Positions 9,401 to 19,749 of a stretch of 64,000 nt of DNA are shown one piece after another. Position numbers and translations under genes: made by a program. Under the pieces are notes generated by a model, which was not told the DNA's origin, did no database searches, and saw nothing but the letters and a program-made list of their open reading frames with translations. Every line of letters begins with the position of its first letter. Position 1 is the first letter of the stretch. The DNA comes from Bdellovibrionota bacterium FG-1 (GTDB taxonomy: Bacteria; Bdellovibrionota; UBA1018), in the NCBI GenBank assembly GCA_051382295.1, contig JBBCAW010000031.1, positions 27,710 through 91,709 of the forward strand. Reading direction: 5' to 3'.

Positions 9401-10029
9401 TCCAGCGCTTCGTGGAACTCGGAAGTGGTTTTTCAATTGCCTCCCATGATCTCGAGCTCCGGGGCGGCGGCGATCTTCTAGGTCCCCAACAATCGGGCCA
9501 TATTGCAACGGTGGGATTTGATTTATATACCGAGCTGCTCGAGGAGGCAATTCGGGAACTGGAGGGCCAGCCTTCCCACACGCCGGACCAGAGACGTGAG
9601 CCCGAAATCAAAGCGCCCTTTCCGGCCTACCTTTCAGACAGCTACGTTCCCGATGTCCATCAACGTCTTTCGCTCTACCGGCGATTTTCGACGGCCGAAA
9701 ACGAGGACCAGCTCAACGGGCTAGAAGAAGAGCTCCGGGACCGTTTTGGCGCTCTTCCCCCTGAGGCTCAGAACCTCATGTGGTTAATCCGGATAAAAAT
9801 CCTTCTCAAACAAAATGGCATCGACACCTTAACCGTAGGCCCAGAGCGCGTATCGCTCGTTTCTGGTCCCCATAGCCGCCTCGATCCCGTTCGAGCAATC
9901 GCGTTGATTTCGGCCCATCGTGATCAATATCAGCTCACTCCTGACTCCAAATTTGTCGCCAAAGTTCCGACGGCCTCACTTCGAGATCTCTTTTTCGCCC
10001 TCGAACGTTTGTTTCGGGAACTTTCCTGA
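6478..10029 (+). CDS. mfd: Transcription-repair coupling factor
   Basis: 1183 aa; CarD-like VHVDHGIGRY, GDVGYGKTE, DEEHRFG, QIRGRVGR motifs; TRCF C-terminus. Confidence 0.98.
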   Translation: MTPPSRIENMIRSLIQLDAPIHVTGSIGPSHAWLVARYAREIPHPLVVICPNDDLAAEFAADIESLSALVERAPLLVCHFPTWEQSPYSPIAPSLRTRLARIAVLQSLRSEDPAERPRVVVTTIAALGQASLSPEFFARYCITLQKDQSIESREAVISRLIEAGYLRVDTVEDPGTFAVRGDIVDVFPAHHEHPVRIELFGDFIEKIRKFDPASQRAKTGEISSLSFSPAREILINHETTPLIREQVKVRADDMGMPRASRDPILAGVQPGHYPDHCDAWAPFAYPRPACLWDHLSPDTQVIWNDELTCQQYWDEFFKEQIRLSAASPQSRVVAPAAEQLFTWSHGLDERVHKSSRLFLDRLEMADLPTIGELDELAITSEPKQSPVSPRHRVAVRNNSDLSSKGKNALGALDPSLKLWQKQGFKTLILASTQSQLERIRFLLEERHFVCRLEPELQPSAIHLAIGSLSQGFRWPAEGLVVLTESEILGTRSTKKRRQQSTTESGSAAKNWSGLQALSDLAVGDAIVHVDHGIGRYLGLVRLDLSGAPSDFLLLEYASKDKLYLPIYRLNVIQKYVGAGESVALDRLGTQQFTKAKEKVREAVKRLAVDLIKLYAERKVRPGLRFSPRDSLFREFEASFPFDETPDQLKAIDDVMADLEAGKVSDRLVCGDVGYGKTEVAIRAAFKAVSDGKQVAVLVPTTVLAFQHEQSFKSRLKDYPILVESISRFKTAKEQKTLLTALAEGKIDIIIGTHRLLSKDVRFKDLGLIIVDEEHRFGVEHKEKLKSLKIDTHVLTLTATPIPRTLHMALSGLRDISLINTPPVDRLPIRTYVSKFDEDLITRAIHFELSRGGQVFFLHNRVDSIYPMASRIRELVPTARVGVGHGQMAEGELEDTMVAFYEKRTNVLVCTTIIESGIDLPDANTMIINRADTLGLAQLYQIRGRVGRSQQRAYAYLLIPAENAVTEDAKKRLEVIQRFVELGSGFSIASHDLELRGGGDLLGPQQSGHIATVGFDLYTELLEEAIRELEGQPSHTPDQRREPEIKAPFPAYLSDSYVPDVHQRLSLYRRFSTAENEDQLNGLEEELRDRFGALPPEAQNLMWLIRIKILLKQNGIDTLTVGPERVSLVSGPHSRLDPVRAIALISAHRDQYQLTPDSKFVAKVPTASLRDLFFALERLFRELS

Positions 10030-10080
10030 GCAAGATCCCCATTGCCAGAAAAAATAGGCATGCTAACCTAGAGGGTATCT

Positions 10081-10917
10081 ATGACGAAAAAAGTGACCTT
10101 ACTCTTCGTATTTTCTCTGATTCCTCTGTGTTCTTTTGGACTGCCTCGAGCCGTCCAAGCAAACGAACTTGCGCGGGTGAATAACACCGTTATTTCGTTG
10201 GAAGACTTCAACAAGAAATACAAAGAAAATTTAAAATTTTTCCAATTCCGCGCACCGACAAAAAAGGGCGTTTTGGACGATCTCGTCAAAAGGGAGCTTG
10301 GAATTCAAGAGGCGAAACGGCTCGGCTTAGATAAAGACCCCGAGGTGATCGACCGGATGAATACGGTCCTCTATCATGCCTTATTGGACAAAAAGCTCAG
10401 CAAGGAATTCGAGGGAATCCACATCACCGACGACGAGGCGAAAAACTTCTATGTTAAAAACCCAGAAATTCGCACCAGTCACATTTTTGTCGCGGTCAAA
10501 CCCGATGCCAAGGCAGAGGAAGTCGCCCAAGCCAAAAGCCGGATCGAAAAGATTTTATCGGAGCACCTGATCAAAGAAAAAATGGGCTTTGCCGAAGCGG
10601 CCCAGCGTTTTTCTGAAGGTGTCGCGGCGCCCATGGGTGGTGACATCGACTTTCAGACCAAAGATAAGCTCGATCCAGATTACTATCGGGCCGCTTTAGC
10701 CCTCAAAGTAGGGGACTTTACCCAACAACCCATCCGCTCGCAATTTGGCTGGCACATTGTCCGTTTGACGGCCAAAAAATCCTGGGAAGATGCTGACAAG
10801 GCACAGGTCAAACGTCTCGTGTTTGACGAGCAACGGGCCCAGATTTTCGAAAAATACATGACCGACCTCAAAAAACACGGAAAAGTCGCCGTTAATGAAG
10901 CGCTTTTAAAGAATTAG
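10081..10917 (+). CDS. Periplasmic PpiC-type peptidyl-prolyl isomerase
   Basis: Signal peptide; IRTSHIFV, GGDI and SQFGWHIVRL parvulin motifs. Confidence 0.9.
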   Translation: MTKKVTLLFVFSLIPLCSFGLPRAVQANELARVNNTVISLEDFNKKYKENLKFFQFRAPTKKGVLDDLVKRELGIQEAKRLGLDKDPEVIDRMNTVLYHALLDKKLSKEFEGIHITDDEAKNFYVKNPEIRTSHIFVAVKPDAKAEEVAQAKSRIEKILSEHLIKEKMGFAEAAQRFSEGVAAPMGGDIDFQTKDKLDPDYYRAALALKVGDFTQQPIRSQFGWHIVRLTAKKSWEDADKAQVKRLVFDEQRAQIFEKYMTDLKKHGKVAVNEALLKN

Positions 10918-10980
10918 AAAAAAAAGCCCCCCTGGAATTCCCGGATAGATTAAACTCAAGAACTATGGGAAAAACCTCCC

Positions 10981-11970
10981 ATGTTGCTCTTGATGGCCCT
11001 GTTCTTTTCCTGCGCGTCATTCGCTCAAAACACCCCAACAGGGGGACCCGTAATCGACCGGCTTGAAGCCTCTGTTAATGCGTCGCTGATCTTGCTTTCA
11101 GATTTGCGACATTTTCGTATTACCCAAAAGCTTCGCCAACAACTGGATCCTCTTTTTGCTGAAACCACTGTTGCCACCAAGGGTGCAAAAGCCTCTTCGG
11201 CTGAAATCGTCGACTTTCTCATCGACGAGCGCCTGATTACCCAAAATTTTCCCATTACAGATGTCGAGGTTGAAGCTCAGATTAATCAGATTCAAGCGAA
11301 CAACCATATTGAGCGGACCCAACTGAAAACGGCCCTCGGTGACCAAGGTTTTTCTTTTGATGATTATTTTGAACTCATTCGATCCAGCACCAGTAAACGC
11401 AACTTAATTGATCGAGATATTCGCACCAAAGTAACCATTTCGGACGACGACACTAAAAATTATTTTTACAATCATTACGCCAAGAGTGCGGCAACGCCCG
11501 CAGCTTATCATCTCCAAATCATCACCGTATCGCCAAAAAATTTCAAGAATGCCGCCGCTGCGAAGGAAGTCGCGATCAGGGCGATGAACGACATCAAAGT
11601 TGGCGAGGCCTTCGAAGAAGTCGCAAAGCGTTCTAGCGATGGCCCAACCGCCCCCTCGGGGGGTGACCTGGGTATTGTTTCTGATGACCAAATGTCGGGC
11701 ATGGTTCGAGAGCAAGTTCGCAAGCTCAAGATAGGGCAGGTGAGTGATGTTTTTGGCACGCCGCAAGCCGGGTACACTATCGTCAAATTGATTGATATCC
11801 AAACGGCCGATCGTGATCGTTACGAGAAAATGAAGGACGAAATTCGCAATCAACTCACCGCATCAGAATACCAGCATCAGGTCGGGCTTTGGCTCGAGCG
11901 GCAACGTCAGAGCGCGTTTATTCACCGTTTTGGAGAGGCCTCTATTGCCGGACTTCCCAGCGCGCCCTAA
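10981..11970 (+). CDS. surA: SurA-like chaperone/PPIase
   Basis: Signal peptide, SurA N-domain (IDRLEASVN), parvulin GGDLG; upstream of pdxA. Confidence 0.82.
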   Translation: MLLLMALFFSCASFAQNTPTGGPVIDRLEASVNASLILLSDLRHFRITQKLRQQLDPLFAETTVATKGAKASSAEIVDFLIDERLITQNFPITDVEVEAQINQIQANNHIERTQLKTALGDQGFSFDDYFELIRSSTSKRNLIDRDIRTKVTISDDDTKNYFYNHYAKSAATPAAYHLQIITVSPKNFKNAAAAKEVAIRAMNDIKVGEAFEEVAKRSSDGPTAPSGGDLGIVSDDQMSGMVREQVRKLKIGQVSDVFGTPQAGYTIVKLIDIQTADRDRYEKMKDEIRNQLTASEYQHQVGLWLERQRQSAFIHRFGEASIAGLPSAP

Positions 11971-12985
11971 TCACAGGCCTATTCTAGTCATCACCCCAGG
12001 AGACCCTCACGGGGTGGGGCCTGAGATCGTTTGGAAGGCCTTGCGTTCCCGCATAAACCGGAAAAAGTGGGGCCGCCTTTCGATGCTTTGTGTCGGCGCC
12101 CGAAAACCTTTTGATCAAATGGGCGCTCCCGTTATCGAGGCTGACCCCTCTCAACTCATTTATCCCAGGCAAAAAGGTCCCTTTATTTGGCTGCTCCCAG
12201 CTCCAACCCGCGCGCCACGTGGAGCGCTTCTTCCGGGCTTTCAGTCGGGTTGGGCCATTCAAACCGCAGCCCAATTAATTCAAAGAGGACAAGCCAAAGC
12301 CCTCATTACGGGCCCGATTAGCAAAGAGCGCCTTCAAAAAGGAGGCTTTCCCTATGTTGGCCACACTGATTTTTTAGCCGATCTGTGCGGAATAAAAGAA
12401 GATTTTACAATGATGTTGGCCAACGAAAAGCTCCGGGTTTCATTAGTCACCACACATCTTGCCCTAGCAGACGTTCCGAAAGCCCTAAATCGCCATAAGA
12501 TTCGTCGCGCCGTTTTGCAAACCGCCTCTCATCTTCGCGACTGGTGGGGAATTTCACGGCCACGGATTGGGGTAGCCGCCCTCAATCCTCACGCAGGAGA
12601 GGGCGGCATCCTCGGATCCGAGGAACGCACGCTGATTACCCCAGTATTACGTGAACTCCGAAGATCTGCTCGCGGCCATTACCAAATTGAAGGCCCCCTG
12701 CCCGCCGATACTCTATTTGCGGGCCACCTCTCAACCCCCCGGTCCGAGCGCTTTGACGCAGTGGTGTGTATGTATCACGACCAGGGACTCATTCCCGTCA
12801 AGTTGCTTGATTTCCCCAGGACCGTGAATGTAACTTTGGGGCTTCCCTTGATCCGTACTTCAGTCGATCATGGCACGGCTTTCGATATTGCCGGAAAGGG
12901 TATGGCCGACCCCTCTAGCCTTGAATCAGCGATTGCTTTAGCCATTCAAATTGTTCAGACCCGAGATAAAAAAGGACTCTCTTGA
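11930..12985 (+). CDS. pdxA: 4-hydroxythreonine-4-phosphate dehydrogenase
   Basis: GDPHGVGPE, GHTDF, NPHAGE, MYHDQG and RTSVDHGTAFDIAG motifs. Confidence 0.95.
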   Translation: MERPLLPDFPARPNHRPILVITPGDPHGVGPEIVWKALRSRINRKKWGRLSMLCVGARKPFDQMGAPVIEADPSQLIYPRQKGPFIWLLPAPTRAPRGALLPGFQSGWAIQTAAQLIQRGQAKALITGPISKERLQKGGFPYVGHTDFLADLCGIKEDFTMMLANEKLRVSLVTTHLALADVPKALNRHKIRRAVLQTASHLRDWWGISRPRIGVAALNPHAGEGGILGSEERTLITPVLRELRRSARGHYQIEGPLPADTLFAGHLSTPRSERFDAVVCMYHDQGLIPVKLLDFPRTVNVTLGLPLIRTSVDHGTAFDIAGKGMADPSSLESAIALAIQIVQTRDKKGLS

Positions 12986-14427
12986 TGACTCTCCAAATTT
13001 ACGCCTCTATTTTTCGTGAGTACGATATTCGTGGCATCGCTGGACGCGACCTTACCCCGGAGTTTGCGGAATGCTTGGGCCAAGCTTACGCCATGTACAT
13101 TGCCAGCCGCACTCCGGTAGCAGGACGAAACCGACTCACGGTTTCGGTGGGTCGTGATTGCCGCCTCTCCAGTGATTCGTATGCCGAAGCCCTGGTTCAG
13201 GGAATGCGAAAAGGGGGCCTGGACGTCATCCGTCTTGGCATTTGCCCCACGCCGCTCACTTATTTCAGCCTTTTTCATCTCAATCTAGACGGTGGGATCA
13301 TGGTCACGGGCTCACATAACCCCGCTGATTATAATGGCTTCAAAACTTGTGTTGGCCGAGACACGATTCATGGCAGCCAAATCCAAGAACTTCGCGCGCT
13401 CATGGAAAAAGTCGCGGCTGGTCACGCACCTAGGCCCACGGAAGGAAAGGTCTCTGACTACGCCATTATTCCGCCTTATATTGATCACCTGGTCAAAGGG
13501 GCGCGCCCGCTTAAACGTAAGAAGGTCGTACTCGATGCGGGCAACGGCACCGCCTCAACCGTGGCGCCCGAGCTTTTCAAGCGTTTAGGGGCCGAAGTGA
13601 TTCCGCTTTATTGCGAGCTCGACGGCCGCTTTCCCAATCATCATCCGGATCCTACTGTTCCGGACAATCTGAAAGAACTCGTCGCCTCAGTCAAAAAGAA
13701 CGCCGCTGACTTTGGCGTGGGTTACGACGGAGATGCCGATCGCATCGGCCTGGTCGACGAGACCGGCCACATCATCTATGGTGATGAGCTCATGGTGATG
13801 TTCGCACGCGATGTCCTCAAAGAACACCCGGGCGCCACCATTATATCCGAAGTCAAATCCAGCCATAAACTCTACACCGATATCGCCGCCAGGGGCGGCC
13901 ACGGAATTATGTGGAAGACCGGGCATTCCCTCATTAAATCCAAAATGAAAGAAACCAAAGCTGCGCTGGCGGGCGAGATGTCGGGACATATTTTCTTTGC
14001 CGACCGGTATTTTGGCTATGACGACGCCATTTATGCATCCATGCGCGTCCTTGAAATCGCCAGCATTACGAGCGGCCCGCTTTCTACCACGATTGCGGAT
14101 CTTCCAAAAACCGTCTCCACCCCAGAAATTCGGGTTGATTGCGAAGAAGAAAAAAAATTCGCCCTCGTCGAAGAAACCAAGCGACGTCTCACTGCTCTTG
14201 GAAAATATAAGATCAACGACATTGACGGTGTTCGTGTCGACTTTGGCGATAGTTGGGGACTGGTTCGCGCCTCCAACACTCAGCCTGTCCTCGTGCTACG
14301 ATTCGAAGCGCCCACCCAAGAAATTCTGGACTCTTCGCGCCGGATTGTTGAAACTGCTCTGAAAGAGGCGGCTCTCGCTGTTGGGCATGCGCCGATCAAT
14401 ACCCATGGAAGTGGAGCAGGACATTAA
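12985..14427 (+). CDS. Phosphomannomutase/phosphoglucomutase (AlgC-like)
   Basis: [26 protein letters not shown] and RASNTQP motifs. Confidence 0.95.
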   Translation: MTLQIYASIFREYDIRGIAGRDLTPEFAECLGQAYAMYIASRTPVAGRNRLTVSVGRDCRLSSDSYAEALVQGMRKGGLDVIRLGICPTPLTYFSLFHLNLDGGIMVTGSHNPADYNGFKTCVGRDTIHGSQIQELRALMEKVAAGHAPRPTEGKVSDYAIIPPYIDHLVKGARPLKRKKVVLDAGNGTASTVAPELFKRLGAEVIPLYCELDGRFPNHHPDPTVPDNLKELVASVKKNAADFGVGYDGDADRIGLVDETGHIIYGDELMVMFARDVLKEHPGATIISEVKSSHKLYTDIAARGGHGIMWKTGHSLIKSKMKETKAALAGEMSGHIFFADRYFGYDDAIYASMRVLEIASITSGPLSTTIADLPKTVSTPEIRVDCEEEKKFALVEETKRRLTALGKYKINDIDGVRVDFGDSWGLVRASNTQPVLVLRFEAPTQEILDSSRRIVETALKEAALAVGHAPINTHGSGAGH

Positions 14428-17038
14428 GGAAAAACGAGTTCCTTTGCCAGACGAAGCAATCGTCATTCGCGGGGCAAAGGTTCACAACCTCAAGAATATT
14501 AGCGCGGTCATTCCGCGTGATCGCCTCGTGGTGTTGACGGGGCCATCGGGATCAGGCAAGTCATCTCTGGCTTTCGACACCATCTATGCCGAAGGTCAGC
14601 GCCGCTATGTCGAAAGTCTCTCGGTCTACGCGCGGCAGTTTTTGGAGCAGCTCGGAAAACCCGACGTTGAATCGATTTCCGGCCTTAGCCCCACGATCTC
14701 CATCGAACAACGCACCACCAGTTACAATCCGCGATCGACTGTTGGTACCGTTACTGAGATTTATGACTACCTGAGACTATTGTTTTCGCGCGTTGCGAAA
14801 CCTTTTTGCTGGAGTTGCGGCAAAGCCATTCGTTCGCAATCACCCCAGCAGATCACGGACCATATTTTATCGTCCGCTGACGGCACCAAGCTCGCGATTC
14901 TTGCTCCTATCGTGCGTGGCCGAAAAGGGGAGTACCAAAAAGAAATCGCGCAACTTCGTCAGCGGGGCTTTGTTCGGGTCCGCATAGACGGCGAGGTCTT
15001 AGATCTTTCAGAAGATGTTTTTCTCGATAAGAATAAGAAACACGATATCGATGTCTATGTTGATCGGTTAATCATTAAGGGCGACCGCGGCACCTTGGCG
15101 ACGCGCGTGAGTGATTCAGTGGAACTCGGCCTGAAACTCTCCGATGGCTTACTCGTACTTGAAGTAATCGACGGCAATGATCGACAAGAAACGCTGATGT
15201 CTGAAAAATTTGCATGCCCGGACTGTCATATCAGTTATCCTGCCCCCGAGCCTCGAACGTTTTCATTCAATAGTCCGATGGGCGCCTGCCCGAAATGCGA
15301 TGGCCTCGGCGTGGATCCCGCTGCTCAGAAGAGTACCGACGAAGAGGGGGCTCTTACCGAGGACGCAGACCGAGTGACCTATCCACATGAGGTCACGGCA
15401 GAAAATGCGCCATGTCCCGAATGCAAAGGTAGTCGTCTTCGCAAAGAAAGTCTTCATTTCAAACTGCAAGAAACCAGTATTTCCGACCTCTGCCGCCTTT
15501 CCATTGGAGACCTCGGACATTTTTTTAAGGCACTCGTACTGTCAGAGCGCGAACATCGGATTGCGGATCGAATCTTAAAAGAAATCCATGAACGACTTCG
15601 CTTTTTGGCCGAGGTGGGCGTGGATTATCTGAGCCTCGGCCGAAGTGCTCAAACCCTTTCGGGTGGGGAGGCCCAACGCATTCGGCTTGCCACCCAAATA
15701 GGAAGCTCCCTGGTCGGTGTCATTTATGTCCTCGATGAGCCCTCTATTGGACTTCATCAGCGAGATAATCACAAACTCATTCAAACACTGACGCGTTTGC
15801 GCGATCTGGGCAATACGGTCCTCGTCGTTGAACACGACCGAGATACGATTGAGGCCGCTGATTGGATCTTGGATTTAGGCCCTGGCGCAGGAACCCAAGG
15901 CGGTGAAATTATCGCCTCGGGGACCCTCCAAGATATTTTGGCAAGCAAGGCCAGCATTACGGGCAAGTATCTGAGGGGCGAATTTGAGATTCCAGTGCCC
16001 CAGATCCGGCGCCCGTGGAGTAAGGATCGTGTGATTCGGATTGAGGGCGCGACGCAAAACAATCTCCAAAATACCACCCTTGATTTTCCACTCGGCGTTT
16101 TCACCTGTATCACCGGAGTATCCGGAAGCGGCAAAAGCACGCTCGTTCTGGACACCCTGTATCGTGCCCTTTTAAGCCACCTCTATAGGGTCGATTCTGG
16201 AAACTTGGGGTTTAAATCGCTTACGGGTCTTGAACATATCGATAAGGTGATCGATATCGATCAAAGTCCCATTGGTAAAACGCCCCGCTCCAATCCAGCC
16301 ACCTATACGGGGCTCTTTAGTTTGGTCAGAGAGCTTTTTGCCCAGCTTCCCGAGTCGCAGATCCGGGGTTACGGGCCAGGCCGGTTTTCATTTAACGTCA
16401 AAGCCACAAATAAGGGTGGGCGGTGCGAGGCCTGCGAGGGTGATGGCCTAAAAAAAATTGAAATGCATTTTTTGCCCGACGTCTTTGTCCGATGCGACAT
16501 TTGTCAGGGTCGGCGCTACAATCGCGAGACGCTTGAAATCCGCTTCAAGGGTAAAAACATTGCGGACGTTCTCGAGATGACGGGGGCCGACGCCTACGAG
16601 TTTTTTGATGCTATTCCAGGCATCAAGGCCAAACTCAAAGTTCTAAACGATGTGGGACTGGGTTATCTTCATCTCGGTCAAAGCGCCGTCACGCTCTCCG
16701 GTGGCGAAGCCCAGCGAATTAAGCTCTCCAAAGAGCTTTCCAAGCGCGGTACCGGCCGCACGGTTTATATTTTAGATGAGCCCTCGACTGGTCTTCATTT
16801 TGAAGACATCAACAAGCTGATCAAGATCCTGCAAGCCCTTGTGGAGCAGGGCAACACGGTGATGGTGATTGAGCACAATCTGGATATCATTAAGGTGGCC
16901 GACCACATTATTGACATGGGCCCAGAAGGGGGCGCAGCGGGGGGACTCATTGTCGCACAGGGAACTCCCGAGGAGGTGGCGCAGGTTTCTTGCAGTTACA
17001 CGGGGCAGTTTCTGAAACCTTATCTCAAAAAGAAGTGA
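14405..17038 (+). CDS. uvrA: Excinuclease ABC subunit A (short; insertion domain appears absent)
   Basis: Two ABC domains ([25 protein letters not shown] twice) and zinc fingers. Confidence 0.96.
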   Translation: MEVEQDIKEKRVPLPDEAIVIRGAKVHNLKNISAVIPRDRLVVLTGPSGSGKSSLAFDTIYAEGQRRYVESLSVYARQFLEQLGKPDVESISGLSPTISIEQRTTSYNPRSTVGTVTEIYDYLRLLFSRVAKPFCWSCGKAIRSQSPQQITDHILSSADGTKLAILAPIVRGRKGEYQKEIAQLRQRGFVRVRIDGEVLDLSEDVFLDKNKKHDIDVYVDRLIIKGDRGTLATRVSDSVELGLKLSDGLLVLEVIDGNDRQETLMSEKFACPDCHISYPAPEPRTFSFNSPMGACPKCDGLGVDPAAQKSTDEEGALTEDADRVTYPHEVTAENAPCPECKGSRLRKESLHFKLQETSISDLCRLSIGDLGHFFKALVLSEREHRIADRILKEIHERLRFLAEVGVDYLSLGRSAQTLSGGEAQRIRLATQIGSSLVGVIYVLDEPSIGLHQRDNHKLIQTLTRLRDLGNTVLVVEHDRDTIEAADWILDLGPGAGTQGGEIIASGTLQDILASKASITGKYLRGEFEIPVPQIRRPWSKDRVIRIEGATQNNLQNTTLDFPLGVFTCITGVSGSGKSTLVLDTLYRALLSHLYRVDSGNLGFKSLTGLEHIDKVIDIDQSPIGKTPRSNPATYTGLFSLVRELFAQLPESQIRGYGPGRFSFNVKATNKGGRCEACEGDGLKKIEMHFLPDVFVRCDICQGRRYNRETLEIRFKGKNIADVLEMTGADAYEFFDAIPGIKAKLKVLNDVGLGYLHLGQSAVTLSGGEAQRIKLSKELSKRGTGRTVYILDEPSTGLHFEDINKLIKILQALVEQGNTVMVIEHNLDIIKVADHIIDMGPEGGAAGGLIVAQGTPEEVAQVSCSYTGQFLKPYLKKK

Positions 17039-17042
17039 TGCG

Positions 17043-17906
17043 ATGCGCGTTGCGGTGATCTCGGACCTTCACGGAAATTATCGCGCCCTTGAGGCCGTGA
17101 TCGAAGACATCTCGCGGCAAAACGTCGACCTGACGGTTTGCGCCGGCGACATTATCGATCCTTTTCGTCGCTCTCTAGAAACCTGGCTCAAACTCAAATC
17201 TTTGAAAATTCCCTGCCTTCGCGGCAATCACGAAGACTACTCGATGATCTACCATCACCGGCCAGACATCCGACCGGAGATTCGGACCGCAGTTCACTTC
17301 AAGCCGGTCCAACTCGTCGCCCAACATTTGGGCCCCGTCATCGCGAGCGAACTCGGGGCCTTGCCTTTGAGCTATACGGTTCCTGGCCCCGGCGGCGATG
17401 ACCTTTTTATTTGCCACGCCTCCCCGTTAGCGAATAATCGAAGTTTTATCTACGGAATCGACGAAGACCTTTCCAAAAGTCTTCGGTCTATTTCAGCTTC
17501 GACGATCGTGGCCGGACACATTCATCAACAGTGGGTCCATCAGTGGTCGGACAAGACCTTAATCCTCGCCGGAAGCCTTGGCCTACCTCTTTCTGGAACC
17601 CCTGAGGCCGAGTACCTAATCATGGAGTACCGAAAAAGCTGGACCCCTGTTCACCGCAAGATTCCCTATGACCAAGCCGGTGCGCTTGCCGAATATGCTG
17701 AAAGTGGCTGGCTTGTCGAGGGTGGGCCCATTGCATGGTTACTTTACGATGAGTTGCGATGTGCCTGGCCGAGGCTCGCGCATTTTATACCTGACATGTT
17801 GAAACGTGCAGACGCCGCGACCTTGCTTTTGGAGGATTGGCAGAGAGAGGCGCGACGGTATTTACTCGAGGTGGACGGTTGGGAGCGCATTCAAGGGTTG
17901 GTTTAG
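17043..17906 (+). CDS. Calcineurin-like metallophosphoesterase
   Basis: DLHGN, GDIID, GNHE, CHAS and GHIH motifs. Confidence 0.9.
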   Translation: MRVAVISDLHGNYRALEAVIEDISRQNVDLTVCAGDIIDPFRRSLETWLKLKSLKIPCLRGNHEDYSMIYHHRPDIRPEIRTAVHFKPVQLVAQHLGPVIASELGALPLSYTVPGPGGDDLFICHASPLANNRSFIYGIDEDLSKSLRSISASTIVAGHIHQQWVHQWSDKTLILAGSLGLPLSGTPEAEYLIMEYRKSWTPVHRKIPYDQAGALAEYAESGWLVEGGPIAWLLYDELRCAWPRLAHFIPDMLKRADAATLLLEDWQREARRYLLEVDGWERIQGLV

Positions 17907-19141
17907 ACCACCAACCAATGCATGGGCAACACCACTTCTCGTTCATTCAGAAACAAGGCCTGGGACTTCGGATGCGTATAAATCACCTTGGATTGAGAAA
18001 AGTGCTTTAAAACGCTCGCTCCGGACGCCTTTTCAGAGCGCTGCGGAAGCACCTCTTCGCAGGGAATGATCCCCAGGGTGCAATGCTCACCTTGAACACA
18101 AAGAGGCACAATCGCACCGCCACGAGTCGAATATTGAAAAAATCGGACCGACAATTTGCCGGAGTATTCAGCCTGCCCCCTCATATGAAGGAAAATAAAA
18201 TGCTTGTACGCCGTCATGCCGGAAAGCTTGAGTGGTGTAGCGGCTCGGGCCTCCGCGAAATCTTCGAAATAATAGACGATCGACCTGGAATCGCCTTCGG
18301 CGGCTAAGGGCCGAATCAAAAAGACAGCTTCAAACGCATAGAGGAGCTTCTGAAGCGTGGGCACGGAAATGGCGGTCTCCCTGCTCATTTGCGTGAGGCG
18401 AATCGGGGTCCCTTGGGTCTCGGCCAAAAAACGCACGGCCTCCGCAATTTTGTAATCCGGAAGGGTGGTTTCATAAACCTGCCTAATGTCCCGTTCTAGA
18501 ATGGTCCTTAGAATGTCCTTATGTCGCTTCATCCGAGAAACCGCGTCATGCAGGAAGCATATGCCAGGCATACCTCCTGTTTCTAGATAGCGCGACACGG
18601 CGGCTTGGCCCTCCTTCGAGGACAAGGGGCTCGAAAAAAAATTCGCCAGGTTCGAATCAAACACTGGTTTTTTAAGAAGGCGCTCAAGATGATCGGGGAG
18701 GGGACGCTGCAGGTTTTCCGAAACAAGCATCGGAAGAAGTTCCAGATTCAAAATACGGCCCGTCAAGGACTCCTGAATGGCCTTTCGGCTCGTGAATTTT
18801 ACCGAGCCCGTGAGTAAAAACTGGCCCGGCATTTTGTGCGTACGAACCCACTCCTTAAGTTCCGAAAAAAGGGGCGGCGCCTTTTGACACTCGTCAATAA
18901 CCAGCGGAACTAGCGGCCTTTTAGCCAGGCCAGTCAACGCATGGCTTTTCAGGAACTCTAGGGGAGTCTCGTTCGCCTTCCTGAGGTTTTCCGTGGCATC
19001 CAACGTCAGATATTGCCCACAAATACCTTCACTGATTGTGGTTTTTCCGATTTGCCGATGTCCAATCAGGCCTGTGATTGAACTTTGCGTCATTGCTTTT
19101 CCAATCAAAGGCTCTAGGTGACGTTTCCGCGTGTGTGGCAT
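17903..19141 (-). CDS. AAA+ ATPase, AAA_14/DUF4143-like architecture with degenerate C-terminal nuclease-like domain
   Basis: GHRQIGKTT Walker A, VIDECQ Walker B, LLTGS, ESLTGR and YLETGGMP motifs. Confidence 0.85.
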   Translation of the reverse strand: MPHTRKRHLEPLIGKAMTQSSITGLIGHRQIGKTTISEGICGQYLTLDATENLRKANETPLEFLKSHALTGLAKRPLVPLVIDECQKAPPLFSELKEWVRTHKMPGQFLLTGSVKFTSRKAIQESLTGRILNLELLPMLVSENLQRPLPDHLERLLKKPVFDSNLANFFSSPLSSKEGQAAVSRYLETGGMPGICFLHDAVSRMKRHKDILRTILERDIRQVYETTLPDYKIAEAVRFLAETQGTPIRLTQMSRETAISVPTLQKLLYAFEAVFLIRPLAAEGDSRSIVYYFEDFAEARAATPLKLSGMTAYKHFIFLHMRGQAEYSGKLSVRFFQYSTRGGAIVPLCVQGEHCTLGIIPCEEVLPQRSEKASGASVLKHFSQSKVIYTHPKSQALFLNEREVVLPMHWLVV

Positions 19142-19148
19142 GCCCTTA

Positions 19149-19218
19149 TGAAAATAGCATCGGATGCAAAAACAATAAAGGGGTTTAGTAAAAATGCATC
19201 CGATGTATTTTCACTAAA
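19149..19218. promoter_or_regulatory. Inverted-repeat/palindromic operator-like element upstream of the AAA+ ATPase
   Basis: TGAAAATAGCATCGGATGCA (19149-19168) is inverted to TGCATCCGATG-TATTTTCA (19195-19213); 19184-19218 is itself a 35-bp near-palindrome. Confidence 0.6.
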
Positions 19219-19276
19219 AACTGGGTCCTAGTCCCAGGCGCCTCGCCCAAACCCCAGGACCCAACTCAAACAAAAA

Positions 19277-19594
19277 TCAGCGGCCGCGTACGATCGTGCA
19301 GTACTCAGCCCAAAGACCCAGAATCGATTTAGCCTTTTCATCGACCGAAGAAATCATCGTGATCCCACCATTACGACGAGCGGCTTCAATACTAGAATCG
19401 CCCGTGGCAATCAGTCCAAGAATCGAAGACGCACACGCCTCACCCACGCGATTTCCAGCCTGGTTAGAAGTTGCGGCAACACCCGAGCGCACATCGGCGT
19501 ACCAAAAGCCACTTACTGGTGAACGTGCAGTGGCACAGCCCATCAAAACAACCACCGACGCAATCGCCAAAAATCCAAATTTCAAGTGCTTCAT
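19277..19594 (-). CDS. TRL-like family small lipoprotein
   Basis: Lipobox LMGC; GEACASSILGLIATGDSSIEAARRNGGI and CTIVRG pattern. Confidence 0.8.
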   Translation of the reverse strand: MKHLKFGFLAIASVVVLMGCATARSPVSGFWYADVRSGVAATSNQAGNRVGEACASSILGLIATGDSSIEAARRNGGITMISSVDEKAKSILGLWAEYCTIVRGR

Positions 19595-19671
19595 CTCTAT
19601 CTCCCTGCTGTTAATCGTGAATATTCATTCGAGAGTCTAACAGGGACGTGGAAGGGGTCAAGAAGGGATAG

Positions 19672-19716
19672 AAAATAAAAAAGACCGAGTCTGGAAAGCT
19701 CCCAGACCCGATCTTT
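19672..19716 (-). terminator. Rho-independent terminator after atpE
   Basis: Minus strand 15-bp stem AAAGAUCGGGUCUGG/CCAGACUCGGUCUUU (two GU pairs) followed by a U-rich tract. Confidence 0.8.
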
Positions 19717-19749
19717 ATAAAACCTAATCACGTCTCAAACGACGAAATC

